DNA from: Paraglomus brasilianum
Lineage: Eukaryota
Assembly (NCBI GenBank): GCA_910592345.1
Contig: CAJVPI010000309.1
Location: forward strand, 1 to 36,007
Direction of reading: 5' to 3'
DNA length: 36,007 nucleotides
A model generated the notes under the pieces. The model searched no databases. It was not told where the DNA came from and worked only from the letters and a program-made list of their open reading frames with translations. Shown in pieces: positions 12,001 to 23,600 of the stretch. The first letter of the stretch is position 1; the number at the start of each line of letters is the position of its first letter. The position numbers and the translations under genes are program-made.

Positions 12001-15000
12001 CGTCTTTTGTAATAACTGGTAAGAATACAAGGAACGGAAAAGTAAATGGCAAGAATGTTTAGGAAGCACTCTCGACAGCTCAATATCTCATTAATTTTGT
12101 TTCTTTTATCAGGTCGCATGGCACAACAAAAACGCATCCGCCGTCTTCTTCGTATTATGACTAATCACACGGCCGGTAACCTAGCCGCTTGGGAAGAAGC
12201 TTATAAGCGTTGGCGAAATCTTACCTTGCAGGTTGCACGACCTGCTGATGAGTCGGTACCTGAAGCCGAAAGAAGGAGAATAATGGGCGTCATCGCTAGA
12301 CCAGCAGCAGCTCCCGTACGCGATATCACCGAGGCGGAAACAACTGAATGGCACAACTATACCGGATTTTTGTCTGCTCTTGGTGGTGTATGTGTGTTTG
12401 CGAGCCAAAGCAGTGCTGGAAGAAACGGGTTTCTAGCCCAACAGTCAGCAGAATCCAACTATCAGGCTTTGGCAGAAAAGTTTCTTTCAGAAATGGTTGA
12501 TTTATTGGTTTGCGACTCGGTGTACGTGAGGGAAATAGTGAAAGAGACACTCGGCGCAGACCTATCGCCCCGATTATATACCATTCTTTTTCAATATCTT
12601 GAAAATATAGTAAAAAAATTCTTTGATAGTAATGGTCAAGCTTTGTGTACTGATCGTCATACGCTTTTTGTTGAGCAAGCAATATCAGTCTTAAAGTTGA
12701 TACTCGATCGGGTACCCGAGGTGTCGGAGAATTTATATGCTGTCGATTTCGGTGGGCTGATTCTGTCATTTGCAAATTATCTACATCGACTGGCAAATGG
12801 ACATGTCGCGTTGAGAATCAAGGTGAAAATGTGTCAGTTGACTGAAGCTTTAATGGCCAAAAAAGATTACGTAACGCTCCGACAAGAAATAACAATGAGG
12901 AACAGATTGCTCGAGATTATCACCGAGTGGACATCGGATTACAATGCGGTGAGTGTTAATCTAGAGGGACATTGGAAATTTTTGCCTGATTGATGACTAA
13001 AATTGACTATTATTTGACGCTACACAGAAAGGTGATAGTAACATTGGTGCCGACAATGCTTTGAATGCAAACGAGAGGTTACAGAGAGATTTGGATCAGG
13101 CCTGTTTGAAGACTATAGTTGCTCTTCTCGCACAGTTACCCCTACAGCCACCAGATGGAATTCGCGAGGCTGATTTGGGTAAAGGCAAAGCCACAATGTT
13201 CTTTAGATATTTTACGTTCTTCATTAAACTACTTAATAGGTGTCGTGTCCTTGAGGTAGGCAATCAAGAGAGAGGGAGAGGGAGGAGGCAACGATTCGAA
13301 TTCCATACAGTTGTGTGCATGATATTGATTTTTGTTTTTCATACATATTTTAGGCAATTGACAGTGGCACGCACTCGGCCAGGAACAACCCTGACCTCCA
13401 AATGTTGTTGACAAGATCGAGAGAATATGTCAAAGATCTTGGTCCTCTAAAAGACTATACTATACTTGCACTGAGCAATCTCCTTTCTGCTAACGTTGAA
13501 TCTGGTCTACAGTATTCCCTTCAAATGGGATACCATGACGATGCCAAAACAAGGTCGGCGTTTATGGAAGTCCTAACCAACATTCTGAATCAAGGTGCCG
13601 AGTTTGAAGGGTTGGCGGAAAATGCCATCAATGATCGCTATAACAAACTAGTCGAGGTAAAATCATCAACCAAGTGTTACATATTGTCGGGTAATTGATA
13701 ATTGGAAATTAACTTTTTTTATATATATATAGTTGCTGACTGAAGACGACTTGAATATTGCCATGTCGTTTGGTTCGGTGGCCACAGCCTCAGAAACTGA
13801 CGATATAGCTCTTCTGTTGCTTACAGTCTTTGAGTCACGCGGCAAGGCAATGGCATTACTCAAGGCATCACTAGAGAGAGAAGTGTTTCGTACAGGTAAT
13901 GAATAAAAAGGAAATAGCAGTTGTTTAATTCAATATCGCCTCTCGCATCACCAAACGCTCACTCGTGTATTTATGCCCAACTAGAAAATGAATTTGAGCT
14001 GTTCAGACGTAATAGTTTGTTCACCCGTCTTCTCAATGCGCTCGCTAAAACCCACGGGAGCGATTATTTAAAAGAAACAATACAGCCCGTCTTATACGGC
14101 ATGTATGACATATCAAACGACATGTACTTTGAGTTAGATCCCGACAAAGCTCAAACAAGCGGTAACGTCAACCAGAACGTTCAGAACACCAAGCAAATGG
14201 CACAGCAATTTTTGGATGCTATTTGTTCATCAATCGACAGAGCCCCATTGTAAGACAATGTCCTATTGAGCTTAGTCCATATATCAATTACGTTTGCAAT
14301 TATTAATTATTGTTTACTTTTGCACAGGTCGTTCCGCGAAGTCTGTTATTACATTGCTAATACTGTAAAAGAACGTTTCCCCGAGTCTAGGCTGACTGCA
14401 GTTGGTGGATTCATCTTTCTCAGATTCTTTTGTCCAGTAATTGTATACCCAGAAAATGGGGGTCTGATGCCACCACCAAGCCCAAATACACGCCGTGGTC
14501 TGCTTGGCATTACAAAGATCATCCAGAACTTGGCCAACAATGTTCTCTTTGGCGCTAAAGAACCGTACATGGTCTCTTTGAATGAATTTTTGTCTTCAAA
14601 TATCGAACAAATCACAAAATTCCTGATCACTATGTCTGTAAGTGTCTATAATTTACATGTATTGTTCATTCAAGGGTTTTCTTAAGTCGATCGTTTATTT
14701 ATAAACCTAATTACGTCTTTTAGACACTGCCGACCGACTTTCTAGAGCGAAAACCGAAAGAAGGCATTACACCTCTCGATGATGCTGACCGCAAATTGCT
14801 CCACAAACATCTATGTGAGAGTCTTGAACGTATGGGCAGAGATCTGGTGCCGCGCCGTACGAGATACAATCCCAACGGGCTTAGCGAATTAGAACAAATT
14901 CAAGCTCACAGAAAATCGTTTAACAAATTGTCTACTCTTCTTGCCCTCCTTGGACCCGCACCTGAAACTCCGAGACGTGAAAATGCACATGTGAATGTAC

Positions 15001-18000
15001 ATCGCTTTGAGGCCAATAACAAGCTATACACGGAATTTATGCAACGGAATGCACACAGGGATATAGAAGCCATTAGCCGCAAGGCATTATTCTATGAAGG
15101 AGCACGTTCAAAGGACAGGCGACCGGTATTCTACTTTATTGCGAGACGGTTGCAGGCAGAGCTTATTGATATAGAATTATTAATGTACTATATATTTCAC
15201 GTAAGTCATGATGACATTTTTAATGTAAGTAACTTGATGGTTAATGAATAGTTTACTTACTGGCAATTATCGAATTTCCAGGTAATGGAAGCGTCTATGA
15301 ACAAACCGTTTGAATTGCTGGTCGATCTCACCCAGTTTACTCATGCAAACGAAGTTCAGATACAATGGATGCAGACCTTTGCACAGACACTGCCGTATGA
15401 GGCTACTGACAACATGGCTGTACTCTATTTGTATAATGTGAACACAGCATTTAAAAAGTTCTCCAAGAAGCTGTCCCGACTTTTGTCGAATAAAATAGGG
15501 AAGAAGACTATATGTTTGAACAATTTGAGCGAACTTCACGAACATATTGCTCACGGTGACGTAAGACTTCCTAAATCAACAAGTAAGTTATAATATTATT
15601 AGTATACATTGGTGTTGGGTTGCATATACTGTACATGATATCTAATCTCAACTCATTTTATAGTCGCCTTGGATAGTGAGCAAAGTGTCACATACATGCC
15701 AGTGACAAAGAATTCTCCTTATAGAACCCAAACTCCAGTAATAATAAGAATAAATAGTGAAACTGTCCAAGTCATAACTGTAAGAATAATTTCATTATAT
15801 GTCTAGTCTTGCCATTCTATATGTTCTTTATATCTAATAGACCCCATATGTCTTTTCAACTTAGACTCGCAAACAAGATCTTTTCTACGGACTCAGTTGT
15901 AATCTCAATGATGTCTATCATATCAGTGATATAGATGAAATATCACTCTCAAACCACAAGGGTGATGATAATGAATTTGTTATCAAGCACGATCGAGGAC
16001 AGTCTTCTTTTACATTTGTAAGTCCAAAGCGCGACCTCATAATGCAAGCTATGCGCGAAGTCAAGGCACGCTTCCAGATGGCTAGACCATCTACATTGTC
16101 TGACAGAGCCATCAGACCGAGTGATGTCCCTGGAAAATTACTAAATATGGCGTTACTTAATATTGGGAGTGACGACCACTGTTTAAGGCTGGCCGCGTAC
16201 AATTTACTGGTTGCACTTTGTCTTACATTTAATTTTGATGTTGGAAACCAATTACTGAGTGCCAAAGGTAAAGAATTAATAACCCTCCATGTCATTTATA
16301 GCGATTTGCTATTTGGGCGTCTATCTAAATTCTTTTTGAATCATTAATAGGTCTATGTATACCTGCGAACAATACGACATTTGTGGTTTCGCTTAGTGAA
16401 AAACTTGCCGCATCAGAGCCACACTTGACTTTAGAGTTTTTAACCGAGTTCTTTGATGGATTTAGAAAGTCAAGTACTCAACTTAAACACTTGTGTCTAC
16501 AGTACATGGCCCCCTGGTTGAAGAATCTCGAACTTTATAGTAGAAATTCAGCAGACAATCAACAACATTTGCAAAGGACTCGTGAGATATTAAAATCATT
16601 GATTGAATTGACAACCAAAGAGACCAATGTACGTAATAATGTTTGTGCTACTGGAAACACGAATAATCACCTTAATTATGTTAACAAATTTTTTGTTTGT
16701 ATTACAGATGTACACAACTATCCAGATGCAAGTATGGGCAACCCTTGGCAAAGTCGATGGGATCACAAGTCTGATAATTGACGAATTCGTTCGCTATGCA
16801 GTCGAGCATGGAATCAGCTCACCACAAGCCGAAACTGTGGCGAATACAATCGTCACGCTCTCATCAACAAATGTGCGCGGGAAAATCATTGCTCGTTTGC
16901 GAAAGGTAATCAACTTGCAAATGATTCGATTGTTAATTTGCAAGGCCTTATTTATATATCATGCGTATATTTAATATTCTCAACGCTCTTTTACAATATA
17001 ACAGATTATTTCCAAACCATCGCCAACGAAAAGCCGCTCAATCGTAGACAATCCATTATGGACAGAAATAGCAGTTCTAGTGCGCTTTAATCTCATGCTT
17101 TCCTTCAACAACCGTGCCCACGTGGCAATATACCTCCCTGAGCTCTTTTACATTGTCTCTCTTCTCGTGGCGACTGGACCACACCTCATCAGAGCATCAA
17201 TTCACGGTCTTGTCATTAACCTTATCCAATCGTTGTGTACTCAGAACCAGATTGAACCCGATAAATTGAGCAAACTTACGATACGATTAACAGAGTTCTC
17301 TGAGCCCAAATCTTTGTTATTATTCGGACTCAACACAGTAGCTGGTAGTGCGTTTGCTGTGTCCGAAGCTGCGACGAGTGATGTCAGTGAGATTATGCCT
17401 TTGAGTTCATTGGAGAGTATTGTACATTCATTACTGGAGGTGATGGTTTGGGGAGCAAGTAGTGTTGGTAAGTAATATAATACGTGCTAATAGAATGGGA
17501 AATGTTCTTCTATTAGACAAGAGCAATGTTTATAAGTCACCAACCTTCAATGATGCTCACTCGTACGCATACTACTATATTACAGATGTCTCAAACACAT
17601 GGAGAGCACGCTGGGTAGGCCTCGTGGCCAGTACAGCCTTCCAAGTTAATCCAGCCATCCAACCGCGCGCATTTGTTACTCTCGGTTGTCTAGCACGCGA
17701 AGAAGTTGACGACGACCTGCTATATCAAATTCTAGTCGCTCTACGCGGTGCCTTGTTCGCGTTCAGTGAGAACGATTGCAGTCTCATTATCAGCATCATT
17801 ATGTGCCTTACGAATATCGTTGAAAATCTACCACGAGAATCCAGATACTTCCGACCAATGTTTTGGCTTGCTATGGCGCTTGTACAGATTGGTCATATTC
17901 CTGTATTTCCCAGTGCGATCAGGTTCCTTCAAGTTTTACTTCGTGCCATGGATACGAAAGGGTTCTTTGCTGACGAAAGCATTGCAAAAGTGTTGTTGAG

Positions 18001-18766
18001 AGAACGCGTCCCGCTAGCCGAGGTTGCTGTTGAGATGGATACAGAGGCCGGTATTAATTACGAACATTTTTCATTTGCCGTTGCTGCCACTTTGCTCAAG
18101 GGTCTTAAACATCCTGGTACGAGAGCGGAAACTCAGGCGGTGCTAATGTCTTTCCTTGAAATTGCGTCGAAAGGCGTCAATGGCAACGGAGAGACTCACA
18201 TAATTAATTGTAGCATGCTTGGATATCTTGCAGCATTGCTTCCGGTGTCGGCCAAGAATGCAGAAATGAAAGAATTACTTTGGGTGTGTGGGATGTTTGA
18301 TCTAGAAATAGACAATGCCGAACTTGCGACAAATTATTACAAGATATTCGACAAACTGGAAATACCAGACAACCAAACAGCACTATTATTAGTTTCGTTA
18401 ATGGTCGCTATTCTTCAAAACGCTGAAAACGAACCAGAAAGACTGTTTCTTTATGGTTTTCTCGCAGAAGCTGCCAATTCAATACCCCAAGTATTCACTC
18501 TGGTGTACGATAGTCTTCTTCCTAGGATGAACCAGATAATGAGCACGTGTGACACTATTCCAATTCTTGATGCTGTTCACAATATTCTTTATACAGTAGT
18601 GGCTTCGCCGACGATTACGCGTTCTCAGAGCAATCACATGCCTTTCCTTGAAGAAATTGGATTTAAACATCTGATGGACAGCGGGTCGTTTGCTGCTGTT
18701 ACCAAAGAAAAGATGAGACAAAACGCAAAATTGGCAGCGCTGTTGGTTGACAGGATTATTGCTTGA
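9100..18766 (+). CDS. NF1: Neurofibromin / Ira1-Ira2 family Ras GTPase-activating protein, 19 exons, ~2582 aa
   Basis: Exons inferred from GT-AG sites with consistent phase: 9100-9159, 9375-9521, 9771-10344, 10472-11136, 11238-12018, 12113-12948, 13028-13255, 13354-13656, 13733-13895, 13985-14249, 14328-14637, 14724-15200, 15282-15582, 15664-15779, 15865-16267, 16351-16628, 16708-16905, 17005-17467, 17586-18766 (7749 nt). Arginine-finger region LFRRNS, RasGAP signature GGFIFLRFFCPVIVYPE, Sec14-like (KPFELLVDLT) and PH-like modules, and NF1 motifs IWPLQTMLLILCP, IRPSDVPGKLLNMALLNIGS and NPAIQPRAFVTLGCL. Confidence 0.95.
9246..9318. repeat. ~21-bp tandem minisatellite (TTACCACTACCACTACYGCYGG x3) in NF1 intron 1
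   Basis: ttaccactaccactaccgctgg / ttaccattaccactactgccgg / ttaccactaccattactgctgg. Confidence 0.75.
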
Positions 18767-19299
18767 AAGCTTACTGAACATGCAGCATTTGAACAATGTG
18801 GGTGTTATTGTGGAATTAGTTCAGTTAGTTTAATCACATAATATTTTTCTATTTCTTTATACATTTACTCTATATATAGCTTATTTTATTATACCATTTT
18901 TGATTATGATGGTATCAATTTTTATCTATTGTATGCATTTTTATTCTTTTTTTTTTATTTTTTATTTTACTCTATTCTATTCTCGCACCATGCGAACATA
19001 TTTCCATTTGGTACCATCACGATCTTTGTAATATAAGTATTACTTTATTTATCATAGACTCCCAGAGTATATATACACCTGTTATTTATAAAAGTTAGGG
19101 CTGTCTCTGATTGCAAATTACTGTTTTAAATAATAAATGAAACGTTTCAGCTGAAGGCTGATCGATGTACGTACGATGCACACGTGTAAATCGTATTTTC
19201 TGTTCTTAAACAAATATTTATATTATTGATGATTTTGCTACTTCGTTTGACGATTTAGTTCTTGTAACTTAAATGTCTATATCCAATTAAGAGCTGCGG

Positions 19300-19641
19300 A
19301 TGGATTGTAGTAGGCATTCTCCGGAGAGAATCAAGGCTCCATATCAAGCAATGCCCGAGGAAGATTCCCCGAGCGCCATTTCGGCACTTGTACATCTCGG
19401 ACCCTCCTATTTTTTGAACAGCTGCAAGTTTTTGAAGTATAGGCCTCATTTTGGATAATAACACGGACCCATAATTCTTCTATTTAGCCACCAGATGTTG
19501 GCGAAATTGATAGTGGCCCCAACAGAGCATTTTGCGAACGGTTTTTCGTGCTATCCTTCTTGTTTTTCGATTTACCATGTTCTATGTTCGACACCTCAAA
19601 AGGAGGATAATGGCATCAAATTCGCGAGTAAAAAATGCGAC
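19300..19641 (-). pseudogene. Fanzor2 / IS607-family TnpB-like RNA-guided nuclease, degenerate C-terminal RuvC/Zn-finger fragment
   Basis: Minus-strand translation across about five small indels: VAFFTREFDAII(P)PFEVSNMVNRKTRRIARKTVRKMLCWGHYQFRQHLVAK-EELWVRVIIQNEAYTSKTCS..VQKIGGSEMYKCR/NGARGIFL(R)ALLD. This matches the IS607-TnpB/Fanzor2 pattern (LPxF..M, W.HY.F...L..KA, EAYTSKTC, CxxC, DRD.NGARxI). The CG...DRD segment is deleted. Confidence 0.85.
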
Positions 19642-19924
19642 ACTCTGGTTGATCATATATTTTGATTGATTATCTTGAACCCTTTTTTGGCGATGGCGGC
19701 GGCGCAGTTTTCAATTGTCCCGCCCTTGAAAAAGCGCGGCAAAATTAAAAACTTACTCGCTCGCTCCAGGAAGAGTTTGGCGGAAGCAGAAAAGACAGAG
19801 CAGGTGATGTTAGCATTGAGGGGAGAGATGATTTTGTTTTTCAAATTGCAATGGTTAAAGAATTTGGGGATAATGTCTTTAAATATGTTTATGCTTGTCG
19901 GTATTTGAATGGCGGAAACCGAAA

Positions 19925-20026
19925 ACGCGCATGAAACATGCAATCTTATATGGAGCCTACGCGCATAAACCATGCAATCTCATATGGAGTCTACGCGCAT
20001 GAAACATGCAATCTCATACGGAGCCT
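19925..20026. repeat. Three head-to-tail 34-bp tandem repeats
   Basis: acgcgcatgaaacatgcaatcttatatggagcct / acgcgcataaaccatgcaatctcatatggagtct / acgcgcatgaaacatgcaatctcatacggagcct. Confidence 0.95.
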
Positions 20027-20682
20027 GTGCTTGCATTGAATGAAGCTATTGACTACCTGAAGCTTTGACAACTCTCTCGGCAATACCCAATCCGAGTGAG
20101 GAATGATTACGCCGATCATAAAAAGCCTGTAGACGTCTGACGGCAAGAGTCTATTGCAAATGTGGTCTTACCATCAGGATTTGTTGATTAAAACGAGTGG
20201 CACCTATTATCAGCAGGTTTTTCTTCAAAGGGTGAATTCCAAACCAACTAATTGCATGTTTCCTCAATGGATCCTTACCAGCTGTTGGTGGTTCGACCAA
20301 GTCAAGCTCGATGACACATGCTGCATAGAATTTGAACAGATGCTTGAGTAAACTCATTAATCATCTTAAATGTAAAACTCCTTACTACTTGTGCCCGATA
20401 ATCTTGTCACAATCGGATTAATCTCAATAGTTAGCTTGGGAAACGACTTTTGGGCATTCGAAAAGTAGTGAACTTGCGTGGATCGACAAAATTCGAGGCA
20501 AAGTTTCGCGTGACCTCGTGTGCAACATTGACATGAATAAATATAAAAGTCGGTAAGATAATTTTGTTCAACAATTCCCGTTTTTAATTCTTCAGACAGA
20601 TCCACACACCCTCCCCTCGCAAGAAGAGGTCCAGGTAGACCCGGAAAAAAAAAAGCACGCAAGAACCGAAGCACAAACACTA

Positions 20683-23600
20683 ATGTCTGCTTCCTCAACC
20701 AAACCCACACCAACGACATCAACTCCTAAGAGGACTTCAGGCAGAGTAACCTTTTCAATACCCATAGATTCCTCCCTGACGCCTGAATTAACAATTTCGA
20801 CCACTCCACCAAATACACGAAAAGCATCAATGAGACACACTCCAGGAATTAATGGGTCTTCGTCTGATTGGAAAGACACTAGAAGTTTAGTACTATCTCC
20901 ACCAACAGTCAGAATAAAAGTCAAAACTACAGACAAAACTGAGTCTCCAGACTCTAAAGACACTACTCTCGGATCCTCGTCAATGTCTCCAATGACATCA
21001 TCGACACCTCGCCGTCGCCCAGGTCGGCCGCGCAAGGTCTCCCCACCACCCACACCTCAACCCATTTCAACAACAGAATCGCCATTGGGAAAGAGGCGTA
21101 GATCAGCACAAAATCAAAAGTCAGAGTCAACATCTGTTGCACACTCCGATCCAATCCAGAATTCGCCTGGCCGAAAGAAGTTGAGGAGATCGCTACCAGT
21201 AACCAAACCGTCTGACGAGGTAGCAAGTGTCGATAAGAGAGAGCTATCTTCATTGGAGAAGTTGAGATTGAAGGCGATGCAAGAGAAGGAAAATGATCTT
21301 GTGAAAGTAGTGGAGAGACATGAGGCGCTGGTTAGGGAGTTGTTCTTTATGGAGAGTAGAAATGCTGCGATGACTGATCTTGATCCTCAGAAGTTGAGAT
21401 TGGAGAATAATGAACATGTTATGAAGGTACTCTGTTGTGCATAATGTATATATGAAACAACGATATCAATATAGATGATGACATAATTTAAATTGCGCAT
21501 TATGGTGTATTATGGATGGTTGGAGTAATGTCATGAATTATTTTAATAAATTTTAATAAAATACTTTACTAACACGACATACTATTAATAATTGAATACT
21601 TATTGTATCGAATATTTGAATATTTGCTATTCTACTTTTCTACTGTTATTTATATCGTTATTACTTTCCATCATTTATTTTTTGTATTATTAGTTTGACT
21701 TTACTTATATTCCCGTTCTGCTTTTTATCCGATTACTCATTTCCACTCGTAATAGTATCTCAAAGAACACAGCGTGTGGTCAACCCTAACCGACGAAATC
21801 CTAAACTCATTCACAGAAAACTCCAGCCGTGTCTCAACACGTCGCTCCATTAACCGTTATCGTGACTCCTTCATCACGAATCTTCAGAAATCTATATCTA
21901 CAAAAGTAGCAGCGAACAGGGCGGCATTAACAGCACCTCGAATCACCCGACCGCCCCTCGGTCTCACATCTGGCTCACCTGCATATTCAACGCGCGGACG
22001 ATGGAGACCGCAGTACAACAATCTAGACCACTATTTACAATCGTTCATCACTTTGGATGATGAGGATATTACACCCGAGGAGGAGCAAGAGAGAGCAGAG
22101 AAAGAGTCTGGAATTCAATTTAGAATTATGCAGTTACAGATGGAAGGCAGATTACAGAAGACGATTAAGGCACTACCTGAGCCTCCATTGGCTAAGGTAC
22201 ATAGGGATTATTTGCTAGAGCACCTTGCTTTTGCTGCGAAAAGGCATGTGAAGAGATTAGAGTATAGAAATAGAGTGACTAGACAATTAAGTAAAGCAGT
22301 GACACAGTATTGGTACAGAATCTCACAAGAGGAGCCCAAGAAGCAGAGGGCCGAAGAAAGGAGATTGAAAAAGTTAGCCAAGGCTACTGCCACGTTGGTG
22401 AAGCAGAAGTGGAATATGGTTGAGAAGGTAAGTGAGAGATGAAAAGTGGCCATTTTTGGGATATTAATTGACAAATATTAACGATAACGATCCTGAGGAT
22501 GCTGTGTTCCAATATGTTGTCATTGACTATTATATATTTACATCAACTATTTTGACTTTATTTAGGCCGTTATACAAGCTTATAAGAACAAATTACGTGA
22601 AGAAGCAGAGCGCGAAGGACAACGTCATCTTGATGAACTGTTAGAACGCTCGGCCCAAGTGCTCGAAGTACAACATAATGAACTATTAGGTTTACGTACA
22701 TCACAGGACGATATGGATGAATCTGTTGATAATTTTGAGGATAATGAGGACAATGAGGACAATGAGGACAATGAGGACACTTTAGATGCTCAGGAGCGAG
22801 AGGAGGATTCGGAAGATGATGCGAAAGAACTTAATGCTTTAGCTGATGAATCAACTTTGTCGATTGAAGAATTGCTCAAGAAGTATGGATATGGTATTGA
22901 ACAGCTCAATCATGACAATGAAAGTAAGAATGATAAGGAGAGCGATGATGAGGACGAGAATGAGAATGAAAATGCTGATGTTAATGTTAATGCTAATGAG
23001 AATGAGAATGAGAATGATAAGGAGATTGACATTGAGATTGAGCATGATAACGAGATCGATAACGAGATCGATAATGAGAATGATAGTATGGACATTACCG
23101 ATGACAATGCCAACGCTGTTGTTGAGACTCATAGGCAGAATAAGCATAATCTGGTAGTGGAGTTACCAAAAACAGAAGTCAGGGTGGTAATAGTTGTTCA
23201 ATCATCACCCAAATGCGTCGTAAATGAACCGCAGCCGCCCACACCCGAAAGTACGTCTGCATCAACTGCCAATATACGCACTCGCATACCACCTCTTCTC
23301 CGCGGTCAACTTCGCGAGTACCAACATGTCGGACTCGATTGGCTAGCCAGTCTATATAACAACGGACTCAATGGTATTCTCGCTGATGAAATGGGTTTGG
23401 GTAAAACAATCCAAACTATTGCTCTATTGGCGCACCTTGCTTGCGAAAAAGGCGTATGGGGTCCTCATCTCATTGTAGTGCCAACAAGTGTCATTATCAA
23501 TTGGGAAATGGAATTCAAGAAATGGTGTCCTGGTTTTATTATCTTAACTTATTACGGCAATGCTAAAGAGCGCAAGCAAAAGCGGCTTGGATGGTTTAGA

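Larger units (their letters stand above)
19200..20026 (-). mobile_element. Putative non-autonomous IS607/Fanzor2-like element (left-end repeats + deleted nuclease + right-end/omegaRNA region)
   Basis: Contains the TnpB-like relic, with three 34-bp repeats ~280 bp upstream of it. Both boundaries are inferred, not demonstrated. Confidence 0.5.

Noticed and set aside
10483..18796. Numerous short antisense ORFs within NF1
   Set aside because: Shadows of coding exons, with no independent motifs.
19299..19457. Plus-strand peptide SPERIKAPYQAM, resembling an HMG-box tail
   Set aside because: It is the antisense of the much better-supported TnpB/Fanzor relic.
19653..19973. ORFs on both strands upstream of the Fanzor fragment, considered as an IS607 serine recombinase
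   Set aside because: No YARVS or other resolvase motifs are recognisable.
19925..20026. 34-bp repeats next to a Cas12-related nuclease relic, considered as a CRISPR array
   Set aside because: The units are contiguous with no unique spacers, and the context is eukaryotic.
22846..23157. Overlapping Met/Arg-, Ile/Leu- and Ser-rich ORFs
   Set aside because: Alternate-frame shadows of the low-complexity acidic SWR1 linker.
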